The notes beneath the pieces were generated by a model. It saw only the letters and a program-made list of their open reading frames with translations, was not told the origin of the DNA and made no database searches. This document shows positions 1 to 9,841 of a stretch of DNA of 64,000 bases, piece by piece (the first letter of the stretch is position 1; every line of letters begins with the position of its first letter). The position numbers and the translations under genes were made by a program. Origin of the DNA: a candidate division WOR-3 bacterium (GTDB lineage Bacteria; Hydrothermota; Hydrothermia; LBFQ01); assembly GCA_039802605.1 (NCBI GenBank), contig JBDRWW010000001.1, forward strand, positions 128,001 through 192,000, given 5' to 3'.

Positions 1-451
1 TTATTAAGTGTTTTATAAGTCCATACTTATCGGGGGAAAAGCCTATTTCCCATTCGGCTATACTCGCAGAGTCCAAACCCCTATTTTTAAGGTAATCAAT
101 AATAAGCGTGTGCTTCATAAGTTGGCTTTTGTAAAACTTCGTGGATTCACGCAAAACCTCATAAATTATAGGCTGTTTGTCATATTGGTAATTGCTAATA
201 TCAAAACCGAATTCCTCTGCCAATATGGATAATGCTTCCCTCCTCGTTATTCCCTCAATTTCGGATAAGAAAGTTATCGCGTTCCCCGAAGCCCCACATC
301 CAAAACAGTGATAAACCCCTTTATCGGGATCAACATAAAAACTGGGGTTTTTTTCCTTGTGAAACGGGCATAAACCTACATACTGGGATCCCACCCTTTT
401 CAGGCTAACATATTTGCTAACGACTTTTATTATATCAACCTTCTCTAACAC
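1..451 (-). CDS. dnaG: DNA primase, N-terminal part (runs off window start; not in ORF track)
   Basis: My translation of the reverse strand from GTG at 451: [61 protein letters not shown], a CHC2 zinc finger. TTGACA-17nt-CATTAT lies upstream. Confidence 0.93.
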   Translation of the reverse strand, partial: [150 protein letters not shown]

Positions 452-499
452 TCCGCTCAATAATGCCTTAAAATATATGAAGTGTCAACTAATAAGGGT

Positions 500-757
500 T
501 TATGCCCCTTTTCCGTTCTGCCCCATCCTGCTCTTTAAATCTACTATTACCTCGTTAAACGCGTCCTCAAATTTCAGTATATCTTCCTCAAATACTATGA
601 CCCTTGTCCTCTTAATGGAGCCATCTTTTTCCTTTCTCTTTTCCGATATGGCTAGATATAGATTTCCCTTCTTGTTTTGCTTAACGTCTATGAAATATAC
701 CCTTCTTCCAGCCTTAACCCTTTTGCTATACAGAGAATCATCTTTCCTCTGTTCCAT
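500..757 (-). CDS. DUF3276 / PUR-like ssDNA/RNA-binding protein
   Basis: [17 protein letters not shown]...YLAISE...VFEED pattern typical of bacterial PUR/DUF3276; overlaps the recA 3' end. Confidence 0.85.
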   Translation of the reverse strand: MEQRKDDSLYSKRVKAGRRVYFIDVKQNKKGNLYLAISEKRKEKDGSIKRTRVIVFEEDILKFEDAFNEVIVDLKSRMGQNGKGA

Positions 758-1772
758 CTTTCACCCCCTTATCTTTTCTACCCAAAATGTTATCCTCCAA
801 GTCATTAACGATTTTTGGATTTTCTTTCAAAAACTCAATAGCCTTATCCCTTCCCTGACCCAGCTGTATATCCCCATAAGAATACCAAGACCCAGACCTA
901 CTTATTAGACCCAACTTTAGGCCAAGGTCAAACAATTCTCCAAGCCTATTAACACCTTTACCGTATATAAGTTCAAATTGGGCTTCCCTATAAGGTGGTG
1001 CCACTTTATTCTTTACAACCTTTGCCTTTATGACATGCCCTATTATCTCGTTATCCCTATCCTTTATAGTATCTCCCCTTTTAACCTCAACCCTAACCGA
1101 CGCATAAAACTTTAGCGCCCTTCCACCGGGAGTGGTTTCGGGATTTCCAAATATTGTTCCTATCTTTTCCCTAACCTGATTTATAAATATAACGACAGCA
1201 CCGCTTTTTGAAATATCCGACGCCAACATCCTTAACCCCTTAGACATCATTCTGGCTTGAAGACCCATTTGTTGATCCTCTATATCACCTTCCAATTCGG
1301 CCTTAGGAACCAAAGCTGCAACGGAGTCAATTACCGCTATATCAATCGCACCGGATCTTATGAACCTCGCCACAATATCCAAAGCCTGCTCACCATAATC
1401 CGGTTGGCTTATCACAAAATTATTCCTTGTATCTATACCCAATGCCCTTGCATAACTTTCACTAAAAGCGTGTTCGGCATCCACAAAGAGGGCGGTACCT
1501 CCGAGTTTTTGAGCCTCGGCAATTGCCAAAAGGGCCAAGGTGGTTTTTCCGGACGATTCCGCACCGTAAATTTCCACTATTCTACCCCTCGGATATCCAC
1601 CAACCCCCAAGGCCAAATCTAAACTTATAGAACCCGAAGGTATTGCTTCTATCCTTTTTTGCGATCCATCGCTTAGGGTCATTATAGACCCAGGACCGTA
1701 TGTCTTTTCAATTTCCTTTATGGTGGCTTCTAAGATTTTTTCTTTTTCCTTTCCTTCCTTCCCCTTTGCCAT
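738..1772 (-). CDS. recA: Recombinase RecA
   Basis: GAESSGKTT Walker [22 protein letters not shown]; start moved to ATG 1772 (or 1775) after AAAGGGGG. Confidence 0.98.
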   Translation of the reverse strand: MAKGKEGKEKEKILEATIKEIEKTYGPGSIMTLSDGSQKRIEAIPSGSISLDLALGVGGYPRGRIVEIYGAESSGKTTLALLAIAEAQKLGGTALFVDAEHAFSESYARALGIDTRNNFVISQPDYGEQALDIVARFIRSGAIDIAVIDSVAALVPKAELEGDIEDQQMGLQARMMSKGLRMLASDISKSGAVVIFINQVREKIGTIFGNPETTPGGRALKFYASVRVEVKRGDTIKDRDNEIIGHVIKAKVVKNKVAPPYREAQFELIYGKGVNRLGELFDLGLKLGLISRSGSWYSYGDIQLGQGRDKAIEFLKENPKIVNDLEDNILGRKDKGVKDGTEER

Positions 1773-1955
1773 CATAACCCCCTTTTTGCAAGAATTTATT
1801 TTAAGGGTGAAAATCACATAAAAGGGATTCCTCAGACCGGTATTTGCGTTTTAAATTTAGTGTATATTTTTCACTTGATTTTATAAATGATAATATAAAG
1901 CAATTTATAATTTTTTTAGTTTGAAGCAATAACGCAATTATTACGGTTATTTTGC

Positions 1956-1986
1956 TAATTTATTTGATAATTTCGCAAATAAATTA
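1956..1986. repeat. Perfect 11-bp inverted repeat in the AT-rich recA/murB intergenic region
   Basis: TAATTTATTTG-9nt-CAAATAAATTA. Confidence 0.6.
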
Positions 1987-2012
1987 TAAAATTTTTGGTA
2001 TTCATATATCGC

Positions 2013-2041
2013 TTGCGAATCTGTGAAAACATCCGTATAAT
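2013..2041 (+). promoter_or_regulatory. Sigma70-type promoter of the murB-ftsA-ftsZ-ftsX cluster
   Basis: TTGCGA-17nt-TATAAT, 12 nt before the murB ATG. Confidence 0.7.
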
Positions 2042-2053
2042 TCCCAGATAAGT

Positions 2054-2905
2054 ATGAAAGTTTTGGAAAATGTACCACTAAGTCTCTATACGACTTTTCG
2101 TTTGGGCGGCCCGGCGAGGTATTTGATTGAATGTTATAGCCTTGAGGATGTAAAGAATGCTATTAAATTTGCCCTCGATAAAAACCTACCTATACTCCCC
2201 TTAGGTGCCGGTTCAGATATTTTGGTTTCGGATAGCGGATTCAACGGTGTTGTTATAAGACTTGTGCATTTGAGGGGACAAAGGTTTCAAGGTGAGGAGG
2301 TATATTTGATGGCAGGAGAACCTTTACCAAAAATAGCAAAAATAACAGCCGATATGGGGCTTTCGGGTTTTGAATATTTGGCCGGTATACCCGGCACGGT
2401 GGGTGGCGGAATAGCAAAAAATGCAGGGGCACACGGGCACGACATATCAGAAATACTAAAAGAGGTTTATGTTGTAAATTTAAATGGAGAAATTATTACA
2501 CTTAAACCAAAGGATATAAACCTCCGTTATCGGGAATCGGATGTATTAAATTATGGGATAGTGGTAGAAGGTAGATTCGCGCTTAAATTTGACGATCCAA
2601 GAGTTATAAACGAAAGGCTAAATCGGTTTTTAAAGTATAGGGAGGATACCCAACCTTGGAAAACCAGAACCGCAGGTTGTATGTTCAAAAATCCTCCGGG
2701 AAATTATGCGGGTAAGCTTATAGAAGAGGCCGGTTTAAAGGGGTTCCGTATAGGAGGTGTAAAGGTTTCCGAGAAACATGCAAACTTTTTTGAAAACATA
2801 GGCGGAACGGCCGATGATGCCTTAAGGCTTATAGAGTATGTTCAAAAACGCGTTTATGAGGTTTTTAAAGTAGAATTGGAGGTGGAAATTGTTTTGGTCA
2901 AATAA
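2054..2905 (+). CDS. murB: UDP-N-acetylenolpyruvoylglucosamine reductase
   Basis: TFRLGGPA, GIPGTVGG..KNAGA, AGCMFKNP, SEKHANF, LEVEI. Confidence 0.96.
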   Translation: MKVLENVPLSLYTTFRLGGPARYLIECYSLEDVKNAIKFALDKNLPILPLGAGSDILVSDSGFNGVVIRLVHLRGQRFQGEEVYLMAGEPLPKIAKITADMGLSGFEYLAGIPGTVGGGIAKNAGAHGHDISEILKEVYVVNLNGEIITLKPKDINLRYRESDVLNYGIVVEGRFALKFDDPRVINERLNRFLKYREDTQPWKTRTAGCMFKNPPGNYAGKLIEEAGLKGFRIGGVKVSEKHANFFENIGGTADDALRLIEYVQKRVYEVFKVELEVEIVLVK

Positions 2906-4046
2906 TGGAAACGGATATGAAGAGAAGTTTTTAATAATAGATGTTGGGGCTTATGAGATAAAGGGCAAAGTTTGGGGTGAGAGTATGAACCCTATTATAG
3001 TGGATAGTAAGGGTTTTAAAGGATACATCACAAACCCCATAAGTTTAGGAAATTCAATACATAAAGTTTTGGAAGGAATACAATCCTCTTACTCCCAAGG
3101 AATTACGAGATTATATCCGTTTTTTGCGGTATCCTTTAAAGATGTGGAATTTTTACAAGTTGAAGAAAGTATCCCATGTTCTCCCAAGGTTAAAAGGGAA
3201 CATATAAACAAGATTAAGGGTGTATTGGAAAACAAGATAAGGAACGAATCTCAAAAGGAAATTTTGTTTTCCGAAATTACGAATTATAAAATCCTTAATC
3301 CCGATAACAAGGAAATGGTAGTTGAAAATCCCGAAGGTTTAAGCGCAAGATCTATAACCGCACGAATGTCTTTCCTCTTAATACCAAAGGGTATATTTTC
3401 CGACTTCTTGGAAATCGTTAAAAATGTGTGTTCAGATTTTGGACTTAGAAAACCAACCGTGATGGACTCAACCATAGCTATGGCTTATGGGTTAAAAGAA
3501 AGATTTGAAAACTTTGACCTATTGGATATGGGTTATACATCAACCCGCTTGGTTAAAATAAGGGGAGGAAGACTGGTCAGCTTTGAAATTATAAATTTCG
3601 GAGGGGTTAATATTCACTCATCCGTTGAATCCTTTGGCATCCCGAATTACGAAGTTAAAAATGTTTTACACGATATATTCGTCAGAAACAAACCCAAAAT
3701 AATCGTAGGCCCCAACAATTCGGAAATATATTCCAATGTGATAGAACAGCAGATAGAAAACATTTTAAGGAATGCCTTTGGAAAGCTATCCTTTTCGGCA
3801 ATGCCGATATTTGCGGGTGGTTTTTCCAATATGGGAGATAGGTTCAAGGCTCTAATAAGGATTGCTACGAGCCCAAATATTCTCTTCTTGAACGATAACC
3901 CTTTGGATGCCATGGGTAAGGGGATCTTAAACTCCATATATGGGAAAGTTCAAACCAAGGGGATTTCTTTTACAAGAAAGGGGTCTAATTTTTTTGATAG
4001 TTTAATGGATTTCATAAAAAGGGAAGTTTTGGGAAAGGAGGATTAA
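2889..4046 (+). CDS. ftsA: Divergent FtsA-like actin-fold cell division protein
   Basis: IIDVGAYEIK and LDMGYTST phosphate motifs, VVENPEGLSA (SHS2-like), FGG and AGGFS; directly upstream of ftsZ; GGAGGT before TTG. Confidence 0.7.
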   Translation: MFWSNNGNGYEEKFLIIDVGAYEIKGKVWGESMNPIIVDSKGFKGYITNPISLGNSIHKVLEGIQSSYSQGITRLYPFFAVSFKDVEFLQVEESIPCSPKVKREHINKIKGVLENKIRNESQKEILFSEITNYKILNPDNKEMVVENPEGLSARSITARMSFLLIPKGIFSDFLEIVKNVCSDFGLRKPTVMDSTIAMAYGLKERFENFDLLDMGYTSTRLVKIRGGRLVSFEIINFGGVNIHSSVESFGIPNYEVKNVLHDIFVRNKPKIIVGPNNSEIYSNVIEQQIENILRNAFGKLSFSAMPIFAGGFSNMGDRFKALIRIATSPNILFLNDNPLDAMGKGILNSIYGKVQTKGISFTRKGSNFFDSLMDFIKREVLGKED

Positions 4047-4047
4047 A

Positions 4048-5100
4048 ATGGAAACAAAAATCCTGGTTTTGGGAGTTGGTGGTGCCGGATGCAACATAGC
4101 AGATAAGGTATATACGAGTATAAAATCTTACCCCTATGTTAATAATGTAAGGGTGGTGGCTATAAACACGGACAAACAATCACTTATTAACTTGAAATCC
4201 GTAAAAGACTATATAGTTTTGGGTAAGAAGGGTAGGGGTGCGGGCTCTAATCCCGAAAAGGGTAAAGAATTGGCATTGGAATCTTGGAAAGAGGGCCAAC
4301 TTGAAAGGTTAAAGTTTGACGACACGGTGGATTACGATCTTATAATCGTCATAGCGGGTCTTGGCGGTGGAACGGGAACGGGAGCGGGTCCAGTTATTGT
4401 GGAATATCTAAAACAAACCTTTGTTGAAGCGGTTGTGTTATCCATCCTTATTTTGCCGGATACCGATGAATACGGTGAAAAAACCGAAATGGCCCACAAG
4501 GGGCTTTCAGAGTTTTACAAAATTAGCGATGCGCTAATGCTAATAGATAACGCCGAAATAGTTGATATGAGTAAACCTTTGAGTGAAGCTTACGAACCCG
4601 CAAACGAATTCACAAAAAATGTGGTTATAACGATTTTGGACATTTGCGAAAGATACGGTAATCCAAACATTGATTTTGCGGATGTTCAAAACGCCCTTAA
4701 CCAAGCAAAGAATTCTTCAAAATTCGTATTTATAACATCTTTGGAGTTCCCAAGTAAGGATATGATAACGGATTCAGAAATAAATACCCGCCTTTTAAAT
4801 TTAAAGAGGAAAACCGCCGTTGCGAGCTTCAAGGGAGCCCCTTCCCTTATAGTGGGTGCCTTTCATAACGGTGATTTACCATCGCAAAAGGTTAAAGATT
4901 TTGTGGAGTTTTTAAAAAGGGAAATAATAACGGGTGGAAGGTCGCCGTTTGTAAAAAGGGGAGATTACAAAACGGAGGATAAGATAATAAGGTTTGGTAT
5001 TATAATAGGAGGTGTTGAAATAGATTCAAGAATACAGAGGATTTTATCAACAACTTATCCCGATAGGTTATTAGAGGAAGTATATGAAGGAGACTCTTAG
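4048..5100 (+). CDS. ftsZ: Divergent FtsZ / tubulin-family GTPase
   Basis: GVGGAGCN, AINTD, GAGSNPEKG, GLGGGTGTG, NIDFADV; AAGGAGG SD. Confidence 0.9.
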   Translation: METKILVLGVGGAGCNIADKVYTSIKSYPYVNNVRVVAINTDKQSLINLKSVKDYIVLGKKGRGAGSNPEKGKELALESWKEGQLERLKFDDTVDYDLIIVIAGLGGGTGTGAGPVIVEYLKQTFVEAVVLSILILPDTDEYGEKTEMAHKGLSEFYKISDALMLIDNAEIVDMSKPLSEAYEPANEFTKNVVITILDICERYGNPNIDFADVQNALNQAKNSSKFVFITSLEFPSKDMITDSEINTRLLNLKRKTAVASFKGAPSLIVGAFHNGDLPSQKVKDFVEFLKREIITGGRSPFVKRGDYKTEDKIIRFGIIIGGVEIDSRIQRILSTTYPDRLLEEVYEGDS

Positions 5101-5914
5101 AGCAATTAAGGTTGGATCTTACAGGAGCATATTTACGATAATAGGCATTTCCCTCTCACTGCTATCCCTTTTTATACTTTCAAATCTCCTAATGGTATCT
5201 TATGGAATATACAGAAATGTTAGGGAAGGTATAAGATTTGAAATATTTCCCGATGGCGATCCGGAAGATGCTGTAAAGAAATTAAGACTTTTGGGCGGTA
5301 TCAAAAGTGTAGAAATGGTTTCAGGGGAAAAGGCTCGTAAGGAGTTTTTAAAATACTATCCGGATTTTGAGAGATTTTTAGAAGACTTGGGGGACGATAT
5401 ATTTTATACCATAATAAGGGTATATCCAAGAAATCATTGGAAAGAACCAGAATTCTTAGATATGCTATACGAAAAGATAAAATCCATAAAAGGGGTTTCG
5501 GGTGTGTATTATGGGAAGAGCTGGCTATCATCCGCGGATGCTTTCTTTAAAACCATTTTGAGCCTTACCGTCGGCGTGATAGTAATTACTATCCTTATAA
5601 CCCTTTCAATCTCCTTTTACACGGTTAGGTTTGTTGTCTCCCATAGAAAAAACTATGTGGATATTTTGAGATTATCGGGTGTATCGCCCTTTAAGCTCAG
5701 ATATCCCTATATACTATTATCAATACTGTATGCCACGATTTCTTGGGTTATCGCATCCCTAATTTCTATATACATCCTACAAAACCTAAGCCTATTAACG
5801 AAATACAAAACCGAAAACCTGCTTTTGTTTATAATCTCATTAATAGTGGTTGTTATAACCTGCGCCTTGGGATCCATAAGGGCCCTCAGGGATATAGAGA
5901 TGGGAATATATTAA
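5084..5914 (+). CDS. ftsX: FtsX-like permease
   Basis: TM, extracellular domain, three TMs; ILRLSGVS..LRYPY resembles the FtsX motif. Confidence 0.75.
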   Translation: MKETLRAIKVGSYRSIFTIIGISLSLLSLFILSNLLMVSYGIYRNVREGIRFEIFPDGDPEDAVKKLRLLGGIKSVEMVSGEKARKEFLKYYPDFERFLEDLGDDIFYTIIRVYPRNHWKEPEFLDMLYEKIKSIKGVSGVYYGKSWLSSADAFFKTILSLTVGVIVITILITLSISFYTVRFVVSHRKNYVDILRLSGVSPFKLRYPYILLSILYATISWVIASLISIYILQNLSLLTKYKTENLLLFIISLIVVVITCALGSIRALRDIEMGIY

Positions 5915-6332
5915 TGCCTTCAACACTTAAAAGAAATCGCTTTATATCCAAACCCGCGGAAAACCCACCCAAACCGTTTTTGGATATTACCCTATGGCAG
6001 GGAATTAATATTAAATGTCTGTTTTTGGAAAGGGCATAGCCCACGAATCTCGGATGTAAGTTTAATACCTTTGCGATTTCTCCGTATGTCATAACCTTAC
6101 CAAACCCCAAGTTTTTGTATATATATTCCAAAACAAGCCTTACCTTATTAGGATATAAGGATAGGTCGGGTTCAAAGGAGAAACTTTTCCTCCTTCCTTT
6201 CAAATATTCGACTATTTCCCGCAACAACCCTTCACACTCTTCCCCCAAAAGGCTTTCGAATCCTATGTATATTATTTTGCCCTTTTTTATGTAAGCATAT
6301 AAGGGTTTATTTAGGATTTTTGGATGGATCAA
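5886..6332 (-). CDS. ogt: Methylated-DNA-protein-cysteine methyltransferase
   Basis: TYGEIA, VGYALSKN, IPCHRV active site. Confidence 0.92.
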   Translation of the reverse strand: MIHPKILNKPLYAYIKKGKIIYIGFESLLGEECEGLLREIVEYLKGRRKSFSFEPDLSLYPNKVRLVLEYIYKNLGFGKVMTYGEIAKVLNLHPRFVGYALSKNRHLILIPCHRVISKNGLGGFSAGLDIKRFLLSVEGINIFPSLYP

Positions 6333-6333
6333 A

Positions 6334-8001
6334 CTACCTTTCCAACCTCGGCATTTTGATGTTAAACCTCTTAGCGGTTTCTATCGCCTCCTCATAACCC
6401 GCATCCGCATGCCTAACTATACCCAAACCAACATCGTTTGTTAAAACCCTTTCAAGTCTCTTATATGTCTCCTTTTCACCATCGGCAACTATAACCATAC
6501 CGGCGTGTAATGAATAGCCTATTCCAACACCTCCACCGTGGTGGAAAGATACCCAAGATGCCCCAGAAGAGGCATTTAGCAGCGCGTTCAATATAGGCCA
6601 GTCTGCTATTGCATCGGATCCGTCCTTCATACCCTCCGTTTCCCTATAAGGTGAAGCAACCGAACCCGTATCGTGATGATCCCTACCTATTACCACAGGT
6701 GCTTTAACCTCGCCTTTTTCAACCAACCTATTTATAGCCTCCCCCATTTTTGCCCTTTCACCCATACCCAGCCAGCAAATCCTAGCGGGTAATCCTTGAA
6801 ATTTCACCTTTTCCCTTGCCATCTTTATCCACCTGTGAAGGTGGGGGTCATCAAACAATTTTAAAACCTCTTCATCTATACGGTATATATCTTCCGGTTC
6901 TCCGGATAAAGCCACCCACCTGAAAGGACCTTTGCCTATGCTGAAAAGGTCCCTTATAAAAGCGGGGACATATCCGAGAATTTCAAAGGCATCTTTTGCA
7001 CCATACTCATAAGCGAACCTCCTCAGGTTGTTTCCATACTCAAAGGTTATTGCCCCTTCCCTTTTCATCTTAACCAAATATTCGACATGTTCGGCAGCGC
7101 TTTCCCCCGCGGCATTTATATATCCCTCCGGATCCCTTTTCCTCCATTCAACAACCCTTTTCATCCCATCCTCACCCCAAAACCCCTTAGGTATATATCC
7201 ATTTAGAGGGTCGTGTGCCGCTGTTTGATCCGTGAGTAAATCGGGTAAAAATCCTTTTTTGTACAACTCCTTTATTACATCAACTATATTACCGAGTAAT
7301 CCCACCGATAGGGGTTTCTTGTTTTTCTTTGCGTCTTCCGCAAGGCGCAGGGCCTCATCAAGACTAGTTGTCCAAGTATCCAAATACCCCGTCTTTATTC
7401 TCCTCTCAATGGCCCAAGGATTCGCCTCAACGGCCAACATAATGGCACCAGCCATAGTAGCCGCCAAGGGTTGAGCCCCTCCCATCTCTCCCAATCCCGC
7501 GGTTAATATAACCCTTCCGGATAAATCCCCGTTAAAGTGTTTTTTGGCAGCCGCAACAAATGTTTCATATGTTCCCTGTAAAATCCCCTGGGTACCTATG
7601 TATATCCAACTCCCAGCTGTCATCTGCCCGTACATTATTAAACCCCTTTCTTCAAGCTCGTTGAAGTATTCCCAAGTAGCCCATTTGGGTACCAAATTTG
7701 AGTTTGCTATCAAAACCCTCGGAGCCCACTCGTGTGTTCTGAAAACCGCCACCGGTTTTCCGCTTTGTACCAAAAGGGTTTCATCCGGTTCCAATTCGTC
7801 TAAGGTTTTAACAATTGCCCAAAAATCTTCCCAGGTCCTCGCCGCCTTACCTTTTCCCCCATACACTATGAGATTAACGGGATCCTTTGCAACCTCTGGA
7901 TCCAAATTGTTCATAAGCATCCTTTTTGCCGCCTCTGCGGCCCATGTTTTTGCAGTTTTCTTATTTCCCCTAGGTGCCCTTATTGGTTTGTATTCCACCA
8001 T
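6334..8001 (-). CDS. hutU: Urocanate hydratase
   Basis: [43 protein letters not shown]. Confidence 0.98.
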   Translation of the reverse strand: MVEYKPIRAPRGNKKTAKTWAAEAAKRMLMNNLDPEVAKDPVNLIVYGGKGKAARTWEDFWAIVKTLDELEPDETLLVQSGKPVAVFRTHEWAPRVLIANSNLVPKWATWEYFNELEERGLIMYGQMTAGSWIYIGTQGILQGTYETFVAAAKKHFNGDLSGRVILTAGLGEMGGAQPLAATMAGAIMLAVEANPWAIERRIKTGYLDTWTTSLDEALRLAEDAKKNKKPLSVGLLGNIVDVIKELYKKGFLPDLLTDQTAAHDPLNGYIPKGFWGEDGMKRVVEWRKRDPEGYINAAGESAAEHVEYLVKMKREGAITFEYGNNLRRFAYEYGAKDAFEILGYVPAFIRDLFSIGKGPFRWVALSGEPEDIYRIDEEVLKLFDDPHLHRWIKMAREKVKFQGLPARICWLGMGERAKMGEAINRLVEKGEVKAPVVIGRDHHDTGSVASPYRETEGMKDGSDAIADWPILNALLNASSGASWVSFHHGGGVGIGYSLHAGMVIVADGEKETYKRLERVLTNDVGLGIVRHADAGYEEAIETAKRFNIKMPRLER

Positions 8002-8013
8002 AGTCCTATAATT

Positions 8014-8934
8014 TTAAGGCTGTCCTCTTCTTATATACTTTTTTATCTTCCTAACCTCATCGTAAATGGATGCCACCACCTCCCCGAGTAATCCCAAAAC
8101 CCAGAATATGGTTCCCAATATTATTAACAACAAAACCAAAAAGAGTAAAGGCCTATAACCATGCCCCATTAGTCGGAGTATTAATGCTATAACTCCGGTA
8201 ATAAAACCCGTGAAAAAGAAGACAATACCTATTCCACCAAATGTTAATAGGGGTTTTTGTATAAATACAGTATAAAGTTTTACCGCTATCAAATCCGCAA
8301 CGCCCACAAATATCCTCCCCATACCCCTATACTTTGAAACACCGTATAGTCTTGGCCTTAGGGTTATTTCAATTTCTCCAACAGAATATCCGTAAACCCA
8401 AGCCAAAGCCACTATATACCTATGCCACTCTTTACGCAAAGGTATATCTTCAAGGACTTCCCTCTTTACAACCTTTAAAGAATTCATATCGGATACCGGA
8501 ACACCGAACAACCACCTATTCATAAGGTTATAAACCTGTGAAACAAAAGCTTTTTCGTATTTTCCGACCTTCTTTCCGGTAACCAAATCGTATCCGTTTT
8601 TCTCCATATGATCTACCATTCTAACCACATCTTCAACTTTGAATTGCAAATCCGCATCCAATATTGCTATGTATTCCCCAGAGGATATATAAAAGCCGGT
8701 CATTATCGCGGCGCTCTTTCCAAGGTTTCGCGAATGTTTTGCGACTTTAAGAAAATTGTAATCCTTTAAATATTTTTTTACTTCCTCATAAGTTCCATCG
8801 GTTGAACCATCATCAACATATATAACCTCCCAATCTTTCAAACCATATTTATCAAACACCTCCTTACATTCATCCAACAACGGTCTTACATTTTCCCTCT
8901 CGTTATAAGCCGGAACTATTATTGATACCTTCAC
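8014..8934 (-). CDS. GT2 polyprenol-phosphate glycosyltransferase (ArnC/DPM-like) with two C-terminal TMs
   Basis: VPAYNE, VDDGSTD, LDADLQ, hydrophobic C-terminus. Confidence 0.9.
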   Translation of the reverse strand: MKVSIIVPAYNERENVRPLLDECKEVFDKYGLKDWEVIYVDDGSTDGTYEEVKKYLKDYNFLKVAKHSRNLGKSAAIMTGFYISSGEYIAILDADLQFKVEDVVRMVDHMEKNGYDLVTGKKVGKYEKAFVSQVYNLMNRWLFGVPVSDMNSLKVVKREVLEDIPLRKEWHRYIVALAWVYGYSVGEIEITLRPRLYGVSKYRGMGRIFVGVADLIAVKLYTVFIQKPLLTFGGIGIVFFFTGFITGVIALILRLMGHGYRPLLFLVLLLIILGTIFWVLGLLGEVVASIYDEVRKIKKYIRRGQP

Positions 8935-9008
8935 AAAACGGATATTTTAAAGTGGTGGTAAAGATACTATTAGACAACTTGAATTTCACCCTTAAAATAC
9001 CCGTCTCT

Positions 9009-9230
9009 ATGAAAGGGCTTTTTTCTCTTAGCCATTTGCACATGGAGGATATGGAGAGGCTTTTGCGCATAAAGGCTCAGGAGGAGGACTGGGAGGAAGA
9101 GGAGGATTGGGACGAGGAAGATTGGGAAGAGGAAGAATGGGACGAAGAATGGGATGAGGAAGAGTGGGAGGATGAGGATTGGGATGAAGAAGAATGGGAT
9201 GAGGAGGACTGGGAGGAAGAGGAAGAATAG
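9009..9230 (+). CDS. Small hyperacidic protein with Trp-punctuated Asp/Glu repeats
   Basis: TAGACA-16nt-TAAAAT 10 nt before ATG 9009 (alternative ATG 9042); C-terminal 49 aa are only D, E and W. Confidence 0.7.
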   Translation: MKGLFSLSHLHMEDMERLLRIKAQEEDWEEEEDWDEEDWEEEEWDEEWDEEEWEDEDWDEEEWDEEDWEEEEE

Positions 9231-9313
9231 TTGCGGGCAGTTTCCAGATATTTACCGATTTTTAGGAGGTAATAAAGCGCGCCGGTGAAGCAATACCCCT
9301 TTATAATTTTCGT

Positions 9314-9841
9314 ATGCGCGTCATAGTAGGGGTAAGGAATAAGGTATGGATTTGGATAGCTTTTTGGAATATAACGCTTATTTTGTCCTCGGGTATTTCA
9401 ATACCACTTCCCTTCTCACCAGTCCCCATAACCCTACAAACCCTTATTCTAATCCTAACAATTTTATCCCTTGGAAAAATGGCCTATATTCCCGTATTGG
9501 CGTATATAACCGAAGGGGCTTTGGGTCTTCCGGTGTTTGCGGGTTGGACAGGGGGCATATGGAAATTGTTGGGTCCAACGGGTGGATATATACTCGGTTT
9601 TTTGGTATCGTCCCTTATAGTAGGTTATATGTGGGAAATCTTGGGAAAGCGCGAAAAATTCATCATACCCTTGGGATTCCTCGTACATCTCATAATATAC
9701 TTCTTCGGCGTCATACAGCTCTCAATATTTACCGGATGGAATAATGTCTTAGCCTTAGGCGTTTTACCCTTTTTGTACGGGGATACCCTAAAAGTTATAA
9801 CATCTTACCTCATATTTAAGGGTTGGAAGGCCTATACATAG
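9314..9841 (+). CDS. bioY: Biotin transporter BioY
   Basis: PVPITLQT, GLPVFAG, GPTGGYILGF, LPFLYGDTLK. Confidence 0.93.
   Translation: MRVIVGVRNKVWIWIAFWNITLILSSGISIPLPFSPVPITLQTLILILTILSLGKMAYIPVLAYITEGALGLPVFAGWTGGIWKLLGPTGGYILGFLVSSLIVGYMWEILGKREKFIIPLGFLVHLIIYFFGVIQLSIFTGWNNVLALGVLPFLYGDTLKVITSYLIFKGWKAYT

Noticed and set aside
1776..1860. LexA/SOS box upstream of recA
   Set aside because: No CTGT-N8-ACAG or GAAC-N4-GTTC match seen
9081..9227. Purine-rich periodic sequence as a CRISPR array or microsatellite
   Set aside because: No identical repeats with unique spacers; the variation is synonymous, so the repeat is at protein level
9231..9272. 13-codon TTG ORF and an AGGAGGT at 9264-9270
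   Set aside because: No start codon at SD distance and no recognisable RNA structure; insufficient support
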